Source of the DNA: Candidatus Omnitrophota bacterium | Lineage (GTDB): Bacteria; Omnitrophota; Gorgyraeia; Gygaellales; Profunditerraquicolaceae | Length of the DNA stretch: 64,000 nt | Direction: 5' to 3' | NCBI GenBank assembly: GCA_040754255.1 | Contig: JBFMDA010000001.1 | Coordinates: 2,535 to 66,534 of the forward strand | In this document: one piece after another, positions 9,483 to 19,778 of the stretch | Numbering within the stretch: position 1 is the stretch's first letter | How the letters are laid out: each line of letters starts with the position of its first letter | Program-made: the position numbers and the translations under genes | The notes under the pieces: model-generated | The model's input: the letters and a program-made list of their open reading frames with translations, nothing else | What the model was told of the DNA's origin: nothing | Database searches by the model: none

Positions 9483-12400
9483 ATGCCGCGTTCCGATTTC
9501 GTCCATTTACACCTCCATACGCAATACAGCCTCCTTGACGGTGCCTGCCGTATACCTGAACTGCTCAATCTCGCCGCGCAATACAATATGGACTCCCTGG
9601 CAATTACCGACCATGGAAACATGTTCGGGGCAATAGATTTCTATCTGGGTGCGCAAAAAGCAGGGATCAAGCCAATTATCGGCTGCGAGGCATATATCGC
9701 GCCTAAAAGCCATCTGGATAAAGATATGGGCAGCATAGAAGAGGCCGCATACCATTTCATTCTTCTGGTGCGCGACGAAGCAGGGCTGCAAAACTTAATG
9801 AAGCTGGTATCCAAGGCCTATATTGACGGGTTTTATTACAGGCCGCGGATAGACAAAGAGCTTTTGGCCGCGCACAGCAAAGGGCTGATCGGATTAAGCG
9901 CCTGCCTTAAGGGGGAAATTCCTTCCCTGTTGCAACAAAACAGGTTTAACGACGCCTTAAAAGCCGCGGATGATTTTATGCAAATCCTGGGCAAAGAGAA
10001 TTTTTACCTTGAGCTTCAGGAAAATAAAATACCTGATCAAAAAACAGTAAACCAGGGCTTATTGAAAATTGCAAAAGAACTAACGCTTGGCCTTGTCGCC
10101 ACCAATGATGTGCATTACCTGACCAAGGACCGGGCAAAGTCCCACGAAGCGCTCCTGTGTATACAGACCCAGACCACCCTCAATGATCCTAACCGCATGC
10201 GGTTCCAGACCGACGAATTCTATTTCAAATCGCCTGAAGAGATGAAAGAGGCTTTCAGGGATATCCCGGAAGCCATTTATAACACCAAGGTAATTGCGCA
10301 ACGCTGTAACCTGGAGCTTGATTTTTCCTCGATACATATCCCCAAATACAACCCTCCCAACGGCATGCCAAAAGAAGCCTTCCTGCGTCAGCTTTGTATA
10401 GAAGGAATTCCGAAGCGCTACGGCACACAGAGCGAAGAAGTGGTAGCAAGAGTCGAACACGAATTAAAAATAATAAAAGAAATGGGCTTCACGAGTTATT
10501 TTCTCATCGTGTGGGATTTCATCCACTATGCAAAAAGCCAGCATATCCCGGTCGGCCCGGGAAGGGGCTCTGCGGCAGGAAGCTGCGTGAGTTTTTTGCT
10601 GGGTATCACAGATATTGACCCGTTGCGTTATAACCTGCTTTTTGAGCGTTTTCTTAACCCCGAGAGGCAGGGGCTGCCGGATATTGATATCGATTTCTGT
10701 TACGAGCGCAGGCAGGAAGTTATTGATTATGTGACGAAGAAATACGGCCAGGAAAACGTTGCCCAGATCATTACGTTCGGCACGATGCAGGCGCGCGCAG
10801 TTGTCAGGGACGTGGGCAGGGTTATGGGCATGGCGTATGCGGATGTAGACCGGATTGCCAAAATGATCCCGCCCGACCCTAATATTTCGCTCAAGGATGC
10901 CCTAGAGAGCGAGCCGGAACTGAAGAATTTATACGACAATGATGCGCAGATAACCAGGCTCATCGATACTGCGTTGCCGCTGGAAGGGCTTAACAGGCAC
11001 GCTTCCATCCATGCGGCCGGGGTGGTTATCGCCGATAAGCCTCTCAATAATTATATGCCGCTATTTAAAACGCAGGACGACCAGATTACCAGCGGCTTTG
11101 ATATGACGGCCCTTGAAAAAATCGGATTACTGAAGGTAGATTTCCTGGGGTTAAGGACACTGACCGTTATCGATGAAACGCTCAAATTAATCAAACGCCA
11201 CAAGGGCCGGGATATCGATATCGAAAAAATCCCGCTTGACGATCCGGCGACATATACATTGCTGGTATCGGCCCACACAATGGGGATATTCCAGCTTGAA
11301 AGTTCCGGGATGCGCGACCTTTTAAAGAAGCTTGAGCCGGAACGTTTCGAAGACCTGATCGCGCTTCTGGCGCTCTACCGCCCCGGCCCGATGGGCTCAG
11401 GTATGTTGACCGATTTTATACAAAGAAAGAGGAATAAAATACCTATACGCTACGACCACAAAAAGCTTGAGCCTATTTTAAAAGATACCTACGGTATTAT
11501 GGTGTATCAGGAGCAGATCATGCAGATTGTCTCCAGCCTTGCGGGTTTTAGCCTTGCGGAAGCTGATTTGCTCAGAAGGGCTATGAGCAAAAAGATCCCC
11601 GAAGTAATGGAGCAGCAGCGTAAACATTTTACGTCGGGCTGCGTAAAGAACGGGCTGAGCGAAGCGACTGCGAAGAAAATTTTTGACCAGATCCTTTTTT
11701 TCTCCGGTTATGGTTTTAACCGCAGCCACAGCGCTGCCTACGCGCTTATTTCCTACAGGACGGCGTTTTTGAAATCAAACTTTCCGGTTGAATTCATGAC
11801 CGCGCTATTGACTTCGGAGCGGGACAATACCGATAAAATCGTCGAATATGTCAATGAGGCGGAAAAGATGGGGATTGCCATTCTGCCGCCCGATATAAAC
11901 GCAAGCGACGGGCTCTTTAAAATTGAAAATGAGAAATCAATCCGGTTCGGCCTGCTTGCCGTAAAAAATGTCGGCAGGGGCGCGATTGACTCGGTGATTA
12001 ATGCCCGCAATGAATCCAAAACGTTTACGTCCCTGGAAGACCTCTGCCAGCGCATCGATTTAAGGCTGGTAAATAAAAAGGTGCTTGAGAGCCTGATAAA
12101 ATGCGGGGCGTTCGATTCTTTCAGAAAGAACAGGGCGCAGATGTTTGCGTCTCTGGAAAAAATACTCGAATTCTCTTCGAGTTCCCGCAGGGACAAAGCC
12201 AGGGGCCAACTGTCGTTTTTTGACAAGGAGCTCGATGCGCGCGGGTTTAAAGATTCGGTATCGCTTACCGAGCAGATAGAGGTCAAGGAGTGGCCGGAGC
12301 CGCAATTACTTGCGTTTGAAAAAGAGATGATCGGTTTTTACATTTCGGGCCATCCGCTCGCCCGCTACGCAAAACAATTAAAACGCTTTGCCTCAACCAC

Positions 12401-12926
12401 TATCCGCGACCTGCCTAATTTCAAAGACCAGGACCCCGTTACAATCATAGGCCTTATTGCCAAAGTCAAACACACCATTACCCGCGCCAAACAAGAAAAG
12501 ATGGCGATAATGCTGGTGGAGGACCTGGAAGGCGTCATTGAGGTGCTTGTGTTTCCGGTTTCCTTCCAGAAAAACCATCATTACATCCAGCCAAGCCTCG
12601 TAGTCATGGTAAAGGGGAGGCTCAACTTAAGGGAAGATACGCCAAAAATCATTGCCAATGAGATCTTCCCGGTTGAGGAGGTGTATAAGCTCGTAACGGC
12701 CCTGCAGATCAATCTCTTAGGATTACGCGAGTCTATCTTTGAAAGCCTCAAAGAACTTTTAAGCGGCTCACCCGGCAAGACGCCGGTGTACCTTCGGCTG
12801 GATACCCCCAACAAAACAAACGTTCAGCTTGTGGTCGGCAAAGACCTCTATGTCAACCCATCCGAACACCTCATCAGCGATATCGAAAACCTGCTCGGAG
12901 AAGAAAGGCTCTCGTTAGTCATTTAA
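9483..12926 (+). CDS. dnaE: DNA polymerase III alpha subunit
   Basis: PHP N-terminus (FVHLHLHTQYSLLDGA), polymerase core and OB-fold. 1147 aa. Confidence 0.95.
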   Translation: MPRSDFVHLHLHTQYSLLDGACRIPELLNLAAQYNMDSLAITDHGNMFGAIDFYLGAQKAGIKPIIGCEAYIAPKSHLDKDMGSIEEAAYHFILLVRDEAGLQNLMKLVSKAYIDGFYYRPRIDKELLAAHSKGLIGLSACLKGEIPSLLQQNRFNDALKAADDFMQILGKENFYLELQENKIPDQKTVNQGLLKIAKELTLGLVATNDVHYLTKDRAKSHEALLCIQTQTTLNDPNRMRFQTDEFYFKSPEEMKEAFRDIPEAIYNTKVIAQRCNLELDFSSIHIPKYNPPNGMPKEAFLRQLCIEGIPKRYGTQSEEVVARVEHELKIIKEMGFTSYFLIVWDFIHYAKSQHIPVGPGRGSAAGSCVSFLLGITDIDPLRYNLLFERFLNPERQGLPDIDIDFCYERRQEVIDYVTKKYGQENVAQIITFGTMQARAVVRDVGRVMGMAYADVDRIAKMIPPDPNISLKDALESEPELKNLYDNDAQITRLIDTALPLEGLNRHASIHAAGVVIADKPLNNYMPLFKTQDDQITSGFDMTALEKIGLLKVDFLGLRTLTVIDETLKLIKRHKGRDIDIEKIPLDDPATYTLLVSAHTMGIFQLESSGMRDLLKKLEPERFEDLIALLALYRPGPMGSGMLTDFIQRKRNKIPIRYDHKKLEPILKDTYGIMVYQEQIMQIVSSLAGFSLAEADLLRRAMSKKIPEVMEQQRKHFTSGCVKNGLSEATAKKIFDQILFFSGYGFNRSHSAAYALISYRTAFLKSNFPVEFMTALLTSERDNTDKIVEYVNEAEKMGIAILPPDINASDGLFKIENEKSIRFGLLAVKNVGRGAIDSVINARNESKTFTSLEDLCQRIDLRLVNKKVLESLIKCGAFDSFRKNRAQMFASLEKILEFSSSSRRDKARGQLSFFDKELDARGFKDSVSLTEQIEVKEWPEPQLLAFEKEMIGFYISGHPLARYAKQLKRFASTTIRDLPNFKDQDPVTIIGLIAKVKHTITRAKQEKMAIMLVEDLEGVIEVLVFPVSFQKNHHYIQPSLVVMVKGRLNLREDTPKIIANEIFPVEEVYKLVTALQINLLGLRESIFESLKELLSGSPGKTPVYLRLDTPNKTNVQLVVGKDLYVNPSEHLISDIENLLGEERLSLVI

Positions 12927-13138
12927 TTCGTATTGCGTACAGCGTACAGCGTACGGCGTAGCGCGTAAAGCCGGTTGTTGGGTTAGGGTGAAGCCATGGA
13001 TCTGGTTATTTGGTAATGTTGTTGGTAAAAAACACGCCAAAGACCTCACCCTAACAACTAGACAATCAACCTGGCCCTTATACCACACACACCGCTTTAC
13101 TCCTTGACCTTACTTAGCCTCGACCTAGGCCTTAACCT
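12927..13138. repeat. composite heptamer-repeat intergenic element: (GCGTACN)n, inverted-repeat core, then (CCTTRAC)n
   Basis: Starts directly after the dnaE stop. GTATTGCGTACAGCGTACAGCGTACGGCGTAGCGCGT, then GTTGTTGGGTTAGGGTGAAG / CCTCACCCTAACAAC inverted pair, then CCTTGACCTTACTTAGCCTCGACCTAGGCCTTAACC. Confidence 0.8.
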
Positions 13139-13163
13139 TTTATAGTATTGAGTACGAAATCTA

Positions 13164-13192
13164 TTGACATCGTAACATTTTGTTGATATTAT
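13164..13192 (+). promoter_or_regulatory. sigma70-like promoter (TTGACA-17-TATTAT) upstream of hup
   Basis: Consensus -35 at 13164..13169 and -10 at 13187..13192, about 40 nt upstream of the hup ATG. Confidence 0.45.
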
Positions 13193-13230
13193 ACTTGCGT
13201 AGTTAATGTGAGAAAAAACGGAGGAAAAAA

Positions 13231-13503
13231 ATGACTAAAAAAGACATCATCTTAAAAATCTCTGACGATACCAACCTGAAACAAACCGATGTAAAGAAAG
13301 TCGTGCAAAAATGTTTTGACTGCATAATAGACGCGCTGGTGCGTGGTGAAAAGATAGAGCTGAGGAATTTCGGCGTCTTTAAGATAAAACAAAGAAGGAG
13401 CCGAACCGGCAGAAACCCGCGCACAGGCCAAGTCGTTCCTGTTCCGCCCCGCAAAGTCGTAGTCTTCAAGCCCGGCCTCGAAATGAAGAAAAAGATAAAA
13501 TAA
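13231..13503 (+). CDS. hup: HU/IHF-family DNA-binding protein
   Basis: 90 aa. RNFGVF and R.GRNPRTG..V DNA-binding arm motifs. Confidence 0.85.
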   Translation: MTKKDIILKISDDTNLKQTDVKKVVQKCFDCIIDALVRGEKIELRNFGVFKIKQRRSRTGRNPRTGQVVPVPPRKVVVFKPGLEMKKKIK

Positions 13504-13506
13504 TCT

Positions 13507-14775
13507 ATGTTTAAGAGAGTAGCCGGAACAAAAGATATCCTGCCTGCGCAAGTCAGCATATGGCAAAGCCTGGAAGCAATCAGCAGGGAAGTATTCAATC
13601 TCTATAATTATAAGGAGATACGCCCGCCGTTGCTGGAGGAATCAGGCTTATTCAACCGCTCGTTGGGCGAGACTGCAGAAATCGTCCAGAAACAGATGTT
13701 TCTCGTAAAAAAAGGGGATGATGAATTCGCGCTCAGGCCTGAAGCTACGGCTTCTATAGTCCGTGCCTATATCGAGAATAACTTTGATAAGTTGCAGTCA
13801 TTTTCGAAATTATATTACATAGGCCCAATGTTTAGACTCGAGCGGCCGCAAAAGGGGAGGCTACGACAATTCCACCATATTGGCTGTGAGGCAATCGGTT
13901 CAAAAGACCCTTATGTAGATGTTGAGGTCATTTCGCTGGCAAATACCCTTCTTGCGCGTTTCTTTATTGATGAGTATGCCCTGCACATAAACAGCCTCGG
14001 CTGTCCGCAGGATAAAAAGAAATTTGCCGACCTCTTACGCGCTGCGCTCAAAGGAAAAGTTGCCCGTTTCTGCGAAGACTGCCAGGCGCGTTATGAGCGC
14101 AATGTATTCAGGATCCTTGATTGTAAAAACGAATCGTGCCGTGGTTTTATTAAGGACCTCGGCCTTACAAACGAACATTTGTGCAAAGAATGCGCGCAGC
14201 ACTTTGCAATAGTCAGGGAAGGGTTGGGTGCGCTGGGCGTTACGTATGAAGTTTCTCCTTTATTAGTCAGGGGCCTTGATTATTATACAGGCACGGTATT
14301 TGAATTTACACACAAGTCGCTTGAGAGCCAACAAGATGCCCTCGGCGCAGGCGGCAGATACGATACCCTTAGCCGGGAGCTTGGCGGGCCGGACAAGGGG
14401 GCATGCGGGTTTGCCTTTGGGGTAGAAAGGCTGTTGTTGGTATGTAAAGAGGAAAAGATTGCCCCCTCGGCCAAGCCGCTTGTTTTTTTAATCCTCCTGG
14501 GAGATGAAGCAAGGCAAAAGGGCGTTAAGGTGCTTAATGATTTGCGCAGCCGCGGAATAGCTGCGGATACAGATTATGAGAGTAAATCCTTAAAAGGCGC
14601 GATGCGCAAGGCAAATGATCTTAATGCCAGGTTTGCGGCGATCCTGGGAGAAGACGAGTTGCGCAAAGGAACAATAAGCCTCAAAGATATGCAGTCGGGC
14701 CAGCAGAGGGAAGTAGGGATTAACGAAATAACACAAATAATATCTAACTCAGGGCCTATGGTCGATGGTCGATAG
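13507..14775 (+). CDS. hisS: histidine--tRNA ligase
   Basis: Class II aaRS motifs (MFRLERPQKGRLRQFHHIG, GGRYD). C-terminal anticodon-binding domain. Confidence 0.9.
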   Translation: MFKRVAGTKDILPAQVSIWQSLEAISREVFNLYNYKEIRPPLLEESGLFNRSLGETAEIVQKQMFLVKKGDDEFALRPEATASIVRAYIENNFDKLQSFSKLYYIGPMFRLERPQKGRLRQFHHIGCEAIGSKDPYVDVEVISLANTLLARFFIDEYALHINSLGCPQDKKKFADLLRAALKGKVARFCEDCQARYERNVFRILDCKNESCRGFIKDLGLTNEHLCKECAQHFAIVREGLGALGVTYEVSPLLVRGLDYYTGTVFEFTHKSLESQQDALGAGGRYDTLSRELGGPDKGACGFAFGVERLLLVCKEEKIAPSAKPLVFLILLGDEARQKGVKVLNDLRSRGIAADTDYESKSLKGAMRKANDLNARFAAILGEDELRKGTISLKDMQSGQQREVGINEITQIISNSGPMVDGR

Positions 14776-14808
14776 TCCATTGACTATAGACCATAGACTA
14801 TCGTCCCT
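14753..14808. repeat. family-B heptamer inverted-repeat element (CTATGGTCGATGGTCGATAGTC / GACTATAGACCATAGACTATCG)
   Basis: Imperfect palindrome built from CTATNGT/GACNATAG heptads. It overlaps the hisS stop codon. Confidence 0.65.
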
Positions 14809-14826
14809 TAATTTTTTTATACGATT

Positions 14827-16221
14827 ATGCTACGAACCCACACATGCGGCGAATTAACGGCCAAAGACATCGGCAGCGAAGTGACGCTGTGCGGCTGGGT
14901 TGCCAGTAGGCGGGACCACGGCAAGCTTATTTTTATAGATATACGGGATAGGTATGGCTTGACTCAGGTGGTGTTTATCCCCAAGGATATCGCAGAAGCA
15001 TACAAATCCGCGCAAACACTGCGTGATGAATATGTAATCAGGGTGCGCGGTAAAGTAAACCAAAGGCCGCAAGGCACCCTCAATCCAAAGTTGCCGACGG
15101 GTGAAATCGAAATTCTTGCAACCGGCCTTGAAATTCTTAATGCCAGCCTCACCCCGCCGTTTGAAATAAAAGAGGGCGTGCCTATTGACGAGGAGTTACG
15201 CCTTAAATACCGGTATCTGGACCTGCGCAGAAAAAACGTTTTTACTAATTTTACCTTAAGGGACCGGGCATACAAGGTAATGCGGGCTTTCTTGGCGAAA
15301 AAAGACTTTATCGAATGCGAAACCCCCATACTTACAAAATCAACGCCGGAAGGTGCGCGCGATTATTTGGTCCCTTCAAGGCTTAATCCCGGCCAATTTT
15401 ATGCGCTCCCCCAGTCGCCGCAACTATTCAAGCAGATCCTTATGGTCTCAGGGATTGAGCGGTATTACCAGATCGCAAAATGTTTCCGCGACGAAGACCT
15501 GCGCGCTGACCGCCAGCCGGAATTCACCCAGCTGGATATCGAGATGTCTTTTATCAGTGAAGAGGACATATTTAGTTTGACAGAGGAATTGATGTATTTG
15601 ATAATGAAAGAGCTGAAAGGCATCGAACTAAAAACGCCGTTTCCCCGCATTTCTTATAAGGAGGCGATGCATACGTATGCCAGCGACAAACCAGACGTAA
15701 GGCAGGAACTAAACGCCGAGTTTGCGTTTGCCTGGGTCGTTGACTTTCCGCTGTTCAAATACAATGATGAAGAAAAGCGTTGGGAAAGCGAGCACCATCC
15801 TTTTACTGCGCCGAACCCGCGCCAGATTGAACTGTTGGAAACGAATCCGGCAGAAGTAGTATCCCGTTCTTATGACCTTGTGTTAAACGGAATGGAAATC
15901 GGCTCAGGTTCAATAAGGATTCACGAGCAGTCGCTTCAGGAAAAGATTTTCGGGATAATCGGCATTCAGCAGGAAGAGGCGCGTAAGCGTTTCGGCTTTC
16001 TGTTGGATGCATTTCAGTACGGCGCACCTCCGCACGGAGGTATCGCATTCGGCATAGATAGGCTTCTGGCAATACTTGCAAACGAGGCAAGTATCCGGGA
16101 GGTAATCGGGTTCCCGAAGACGCAGAAGGCGTACTGTCCGCTTACTCAAGCGCCTTCGGAGGTTGACGCAAGGCAGCTCAAGGAATTAAAAATAAATTTA
16201 GCCAAAAAAAAGGAGGCTTAG
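14827..16221 (+). CDS. aspS: aspartate--tRNA ligase, short archaeal/non-discriminating type without GAD insertion
   Basis: N-terminal OB anticodon-binding domain. Class II motifs (FRDEDLRADRQPEFTQLD, GGIAFGIDRL). 464 aa. Confidence 0.85.
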   Translation: MLRTHTCGELTAKDIGSEVTLCGWVASRRDHGKLIFIDIRDRYGLTQVVFIPKDIAEAYKSAQTLRDEYVIRVRGKVNQRPQGTLNPKLPTGEIEILATGLEILNASLTPPFEIKEGVPIDEELRLKYRYLDLRRKNVFTNFTLRDRAYKVMRAFLAKKDFIECETPILTKSTPEGARDYLVPSRLNPGQFYALPQSPQLFKQILMVSGIERYYQIAKCFRDEDLRADRQPEFTQLDIEMSFISEEDIFSLTEELMYLIMKELKGIELKTPFPRISYKEAMHTYASDKPDVRQELNAEFAFAWVVDFPLFKYNDEEKRWESEHHPFTAPNPRQIELLETNPAEVVSRSYDLVLNGMEIGSGSIRIHEQSLQEKIFGIIGIQQEEARKRFGFLLDAFQYGAPPHGGIAFGIDRLLAILANEASIREVIGFPKTQKAYCPLTQAPSEVDARQLKELKINLAKKKEA

Positions 16222-16222
16222 T

Positions 16223-16804
16223 ATGAAAGCGGCAAAACAAATGTATTTCGTATTCTTGGCATCTGCGTTTTTGCTTTCCGGCTGCGTAGTGAGGACCTAT
16301 CAGACTACCAAAGACAGGGTTGACCAGGATCTGCAGGGCAACCGCGGTTATCTTAAAGGTAGGCCGGTCGCAGGCGAAACAACCGCGCGCAAGACTACGC
16401 GTTCCTTAAGAGTGGTGGAGCTGGAGCTTCATTCACCGTTAAAATTCGAAAAAGGGCCTTCGCAGGAAGCAGGAAAAGTTTCTATGAAAGGTACGGTTGC
16501 GGAAAGGACTGAAGACAAGGGCGCATGGGGTAATCGCGGCTATATCTCAAGCAGTGATCTCCCTGAAATTGCCGAACCCTCGCCCGCAGCCAAGCCGGCC
16601 GGTTTTCAGAAGTATACGGTCCAGAAAAACGATACGCTTCAAAAAATCTCCCTTAAGTTCTTCGGCACGACAAAGAAATGGCAAAAGATTTTTGAAGCAA
16701 ATAAGAACAGCTTAAAAGCGCCGAATAAGATTTATCCCGGGCAAACACTGCTTATACCTGTCCAAGGGCCTGTCGCCGCTGAAGGCATGAAGAAATTTAA
16801 ATAA
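16223..16804 (+). CDS. LysM-domain lipoprotein
   Basis: Lipoprotein signal (LLSGC). C-terminal LysM ([18 protein letters not shown]...[10 protein letters not shown]). Confidence 0.65.
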   Translation: MKAAKQMYFVFLASAFLLSGCVVRTYQTTKDRVDQDLQGNRGYLKGRPVAGETTARKTTRSLRVVELELHSPLKFEKGPSQEAGKVSMKGTVAERTEDKGAWGNRGYISSSDLPEIAEPSPAAKPAGFQKYTVQKNDTLQKISLKFFGTTKKWQKIFEANKNSLKAPNKIYPGQTLLIPVQGPVAAEGMKKFK

Positions 16805-16812
16805 ACGGGACA

Positions 16813-17760
16813 GTGAAGAAGGTTCTGGAGTTAGAAAGCATTTCCCAGGCACAGCAGTTGTGCGGGCCGTTCGATAAAGGCCTTAAGGACCTAGAGGAAG
16901 AACTGAAGGTCCGCCTGACTATTCACGACAATCATCTTAAGATTTCCGGTGTTCCTACCAGGGTCAATAAGGCATACAAATACCTGGAAGGCCTGCTTGC
17001 GGATATCAGGAATACGCAGGAAGGGCCCTTGCCAAGGCTTAGGGAAAAAGAAAAATTGAAAAGAGTTCAGAAATCTAAAACGGCATCTTCGGGTGCGGCG
17101 CACACATTTAGGCTCGGCATTGAAAAGACCATAGGGCCTAAAACCAAGGGGCAGCGCGAATACATCGAGTCGATTAAGAAATACGATATCGTCTTTGGTG
17201 TCGGGCCGGCAGGTACCGGAAAAACATACCTGGCAATGGCCCAGGCAGTGGAAGCCCTTAAAAAACAGGAAGTGCGCCGTATTATCCTGACCAGGCCTGC
17301 AATCGAAGCAGGGGAATCCCTTGGGTTCCTGCCGGGCGATATGTATGAAAAAATTTCCCCTTACCTGCGGCCGCTCTACGATGCGCTTTATGATATGATG
17401 GATGCGGAACGAATAGAAAAGTATATCGAGACAGGCATTATTGAGGTGGCCCCGCTTGCGTATATGAGGGGAAGGACTTTAAACGATGCCTTTATTGTGC
17501 TCGACGAAGCACAGAATGCTACCGCAGAACAGATGAAGATGTTCTTGACCCGCATCGGTTTTTATTCAAAAGCGGTAATTACCGGGGATATTACGCAGAG
17601 CGACCTGCCCGATGGGAAGCCTATCGGGCTATTGCAGGCACAGGAGATATTGCGCGACATAGAAGGCATCAAATTCGTATTTTTGACAGGCGAGGATATT
17701 GTAAGGCACGAACTTGTCCAGAAGATAATCCAGGCATATGACCACGCAAACCGTCAATAG
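16813..17760 (+). CDS. phoH: PhoH-like ATPase
   Basis: [16 protein letters not shown] Walker A and FIVLDEAQN Walker B. Conserved phoH / 7TM-HD / ybeY gene order. Confidence 0.85.
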   Translation: MKKVLELESISQAQQLCGPFDKGLKDLEEELKVRLTIHDNHLKISGVPTRVNKAYKYLEGLLADIRNTQEGPLPRLREKEKLKRVQKSKTASSGAAHTFRLGIEKTIGPKTKGQREYIESIKKYDIVFGVGPAGTGKTYLAMAQAVEALKKQEVRRIILTRPAIEAGESLGFLPGDMYEKISPYLRPLYDALYDMMDAERIEKYIETGIIEVAPLAYMRGRTLNDAFIVLDEAQNATAEQMKMFLTRIGFYSKAVITGDITQSDLPDGKPIGLLQAQEILRDIEGIKFVFLTGEDIVRHELVQKIIQAYDHANRQ

Positions 17761-19183
17761 CAAGAAAAAACAGCCTTTAGGGATGAACCCTTCGATGCGC
17801 ACGCGCGAAATCATAGGGTTTATACTCGGGACCATCCTGGTCTTTACGCTTTGCTATGTCCTGCAGGTAAATACCCTGCTTGGGCTGTTTCTTCTGTCAT
17901 TAACGATCTATTTCAAATACCTTTACCTTACCCATAATCGGCTTACCTATAAATTACTCAATCCTTCGTTCTTTTTCGTAATTAATTTTACCACCGCTTA
18001 TTGGATCGCACAGCAGGGGTTGCCTATTTTTTATCTTCCGTATGCCGCGTTTCCTATGCTGGCAACGCTCTTGTTTCCCCGCCTGACCATACCGTTTCTA
18101 CTCAATCTTGCTTCGGCAGTTTCCCTGGCATTTGTGTTCGGCAACAAACTCCTGGTTGAGGTATTGTTTCTTATCAGCGGCATTCTTTCAATCACCCTTG
18201 TAGTCGGGGCAAGGAGAAGGTTTACCATCATCAAGGCCGGGCTTATCATCGGTTTTGTGCAAGCCTTATCGTATCTATTGCTCCATCCGGTTGACCTCAT
18301 AAAGCACTCTACGGTATATTCTGCGTTCTTCCTAAACGGCCTGGCCTGCAGCATTATCGTGCTGGGCACTTTGTCGATTTTCGAATACCTCTTTAAGACC
18401 ATTACCAATATTACCCTGCTTGAATTGTCCGATTTTAACCAACCGCTCCTGCATCGCCTGATGCTTGAAGTCCCCGGGACCTACCACCACAGCCTTATTG
18501 TCGGCAACCTCTCGGAAGCAGCCTGCGAGGCAATCAACGCCAATGCACTCCTTGCGCGTATTGGGGCGTATTACCACGATATAGGAAAACTGGAAAAACC
18601 GGAATACTTCAGCGAGAACCAGGACCTAAGCCAGAGCAAACATGACGAGCTTTCTCCTACGATGAGCAAGCTGGTGATTATGAACCATGTAAAAGAAGGC
18701 ATTGAGTTAGCAAAACGCAGCAGGCTGAATCCGGCAATCATAAATTTCATCCACCAGCACCACGGCAACAGCCTTGTGTATTATTTTTACCGCCGCGCAC
18801 TCGAGAGCGTAGAAGAGGATGAGAAAATACAGGAGGAAGGGTTTCGTTATCCGGGCCCAAAGCCAAACAGCAAAGAAACCGCCGTCGTATTGCTGGCAGA
18901 TTCGGTAGAAGCGGCTACCCGTGCCCTGAAAGAACCAAATCCTTCCAAGATCGAAGAAGTAGTCCATAAGATCATCAATAACAAATTTATCGACGGCCAA
19001 CTTGACGAATGCGACCTTACCCTCAAAGACCTGGAAAAGATTGCGAAAGTATTTATCCGCATCCTGAACAGCATCTACCATGCGCGCATCACCTATCCCG
19101 AGGCGAATGTTGAAAATAATCATAAAAAACCTGCAAAAGAAAATTCCCATCAATCCGACAAGGATAAAGAAGTTAGCTCTTAG
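17738..19183 (+). CDS. 7TM-receptor HD hydrolase (7TMR-HDED, PgpH-like)
   Basis: Seven TM helices followed by an HD domain (YYHDIGK). Sits between phoH and ybeY. The start may be 17783 instead. Confidence 0.7.
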   Translation: MTTQTVNSKKKQPLGMNPSMRTREIIGFILGTILVFTLCYVLQVNTLLGLFLLSLTIYFKYLYLTHNRLTYKLLNPSFFFVINFTTAYWIAQQGLPIFYLPYAAFPMLATLLFPRLTIPFLLNLASAVSLAFVFGNKLLVEVLFLISGILSITLVVGARRRFTIIKAGLIIGFVQALSYLLLHPVDLIKHSTVYSAFFLNGLACSIIVLGTLSIFEYLFKTITNITLLELSDFNQPLLHRLMLEVPGTYHHSLIVGNLSEAACEAINANALLARIGAYYHDIGKLEKPEYFSENQDLSQSKHDELSPTMSKLVIMNHVKEGIELAKRSRLNPAIINFIHQHHGNSLVYYFYRRALESVEEDEKIQEEGFRYPGPKPNSKETAVVLLADSVEAATRALKEPNPSKIEEVVHKIINNKFIDGQLDECDLTLKDLEKIAKVFIRILNSIYHARITYPEANVENNHKKPAKENSHQSDKDKEVSS

Positions 19184-19538
19184 TACCGTATCCCGCGGGG
19201 ACTTGCATAAAGCCGGTGAATTGACTATCTGCTTCGTACACGACGCACAGATACAAACGCTCAATTCCCGCTTTCTTAAGATACAAAAACCCACGGACGT
19301 GTTAGCCTTCAAGCTCAGCGCAAAAAATGAGGAATTCCGCGCGGATATTATCATTTCCGCGGAAACGGCACTGCGTAATGCCGCGGAGTTTGGCACTTCG
19401 CCTTTTTTCGAACTCAGCCTCTATGTAGCCCACGGCATCCTTCATCTGCAGGGGTATGACGATAAAACCGTTAAAGGCACACAACAGATGTACAGAAGGG
19501 CAGTGGGGATTCTAAAGAAGAATAACATTAGTTCGTAG
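19107..19538 (+). CDS. ybeY: rRNA maturation endoribonuclease YbeY
   Basis: HGILHLQGYDD metal-binding motif. The chosen start overlaps the upstream gene. Confidence 0.75.
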   Translation: MLKIIIKNLQKKIPINPTRIKKLALSTVSRGDLHKAGELTICFVHDAQIQTLNSRFLKIQKPTDVLAFKLSAKNEEFRADIIISAETALRNAAEFGTSPFFELSLYVAHGILHLQGYDDKTVKGTQQMYRRAVGILKKNNISS

Positions 19539-19767
19539 TGCGTATAGCGTATTGCGTATAGCGTAGTGCGTACGGCCTTTACCGCGGAACGCATAACACT
19601 CTTGTTGTGTGGGTGTGGGTTAGGTCATTGGTTTGGTGAATGGGGGAAGGTAAATGGTGTAAAAAATTTACACCAATAACCTTACACTAACAACCAAACC
19701 ATTTACCTTCCCTCTATACTATACGCTCTACCTCAACCTTAGCCTTACTTAACCTAAACCTTAACCT
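19539..19767. repeat. composite heptamer-repeat element: (GCGTATN)n, palindromic core GGTGTAAAAAATTTACACC, then (CCTTAAC)n
   Basis: Starts right after the ybeY stop. The core from about 19560 to 19640 is a reverse-complement copy of the core at about 26400..26480. Confidence 0.85.
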
Positions 19768-19778
19768 TTTTCTACGAA

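Noticed and set aside
11753-12305. Minus-strand ORFs (177 and 81 aa) inside dnaE
   Set aside because: They are embedded antisense within a 1147-aa gene whose product has unmistakable polymerase motifs.
18707-19396. 229-aa minus-strand ORF overlapping the 7TM-HD and ybeY genes
   Set aside because: It is entirely antisense to two well-supported plus-strand genes with conserved motifs. It has no RBS or domain signal and is typical antisense noise in a GC-moderate region.
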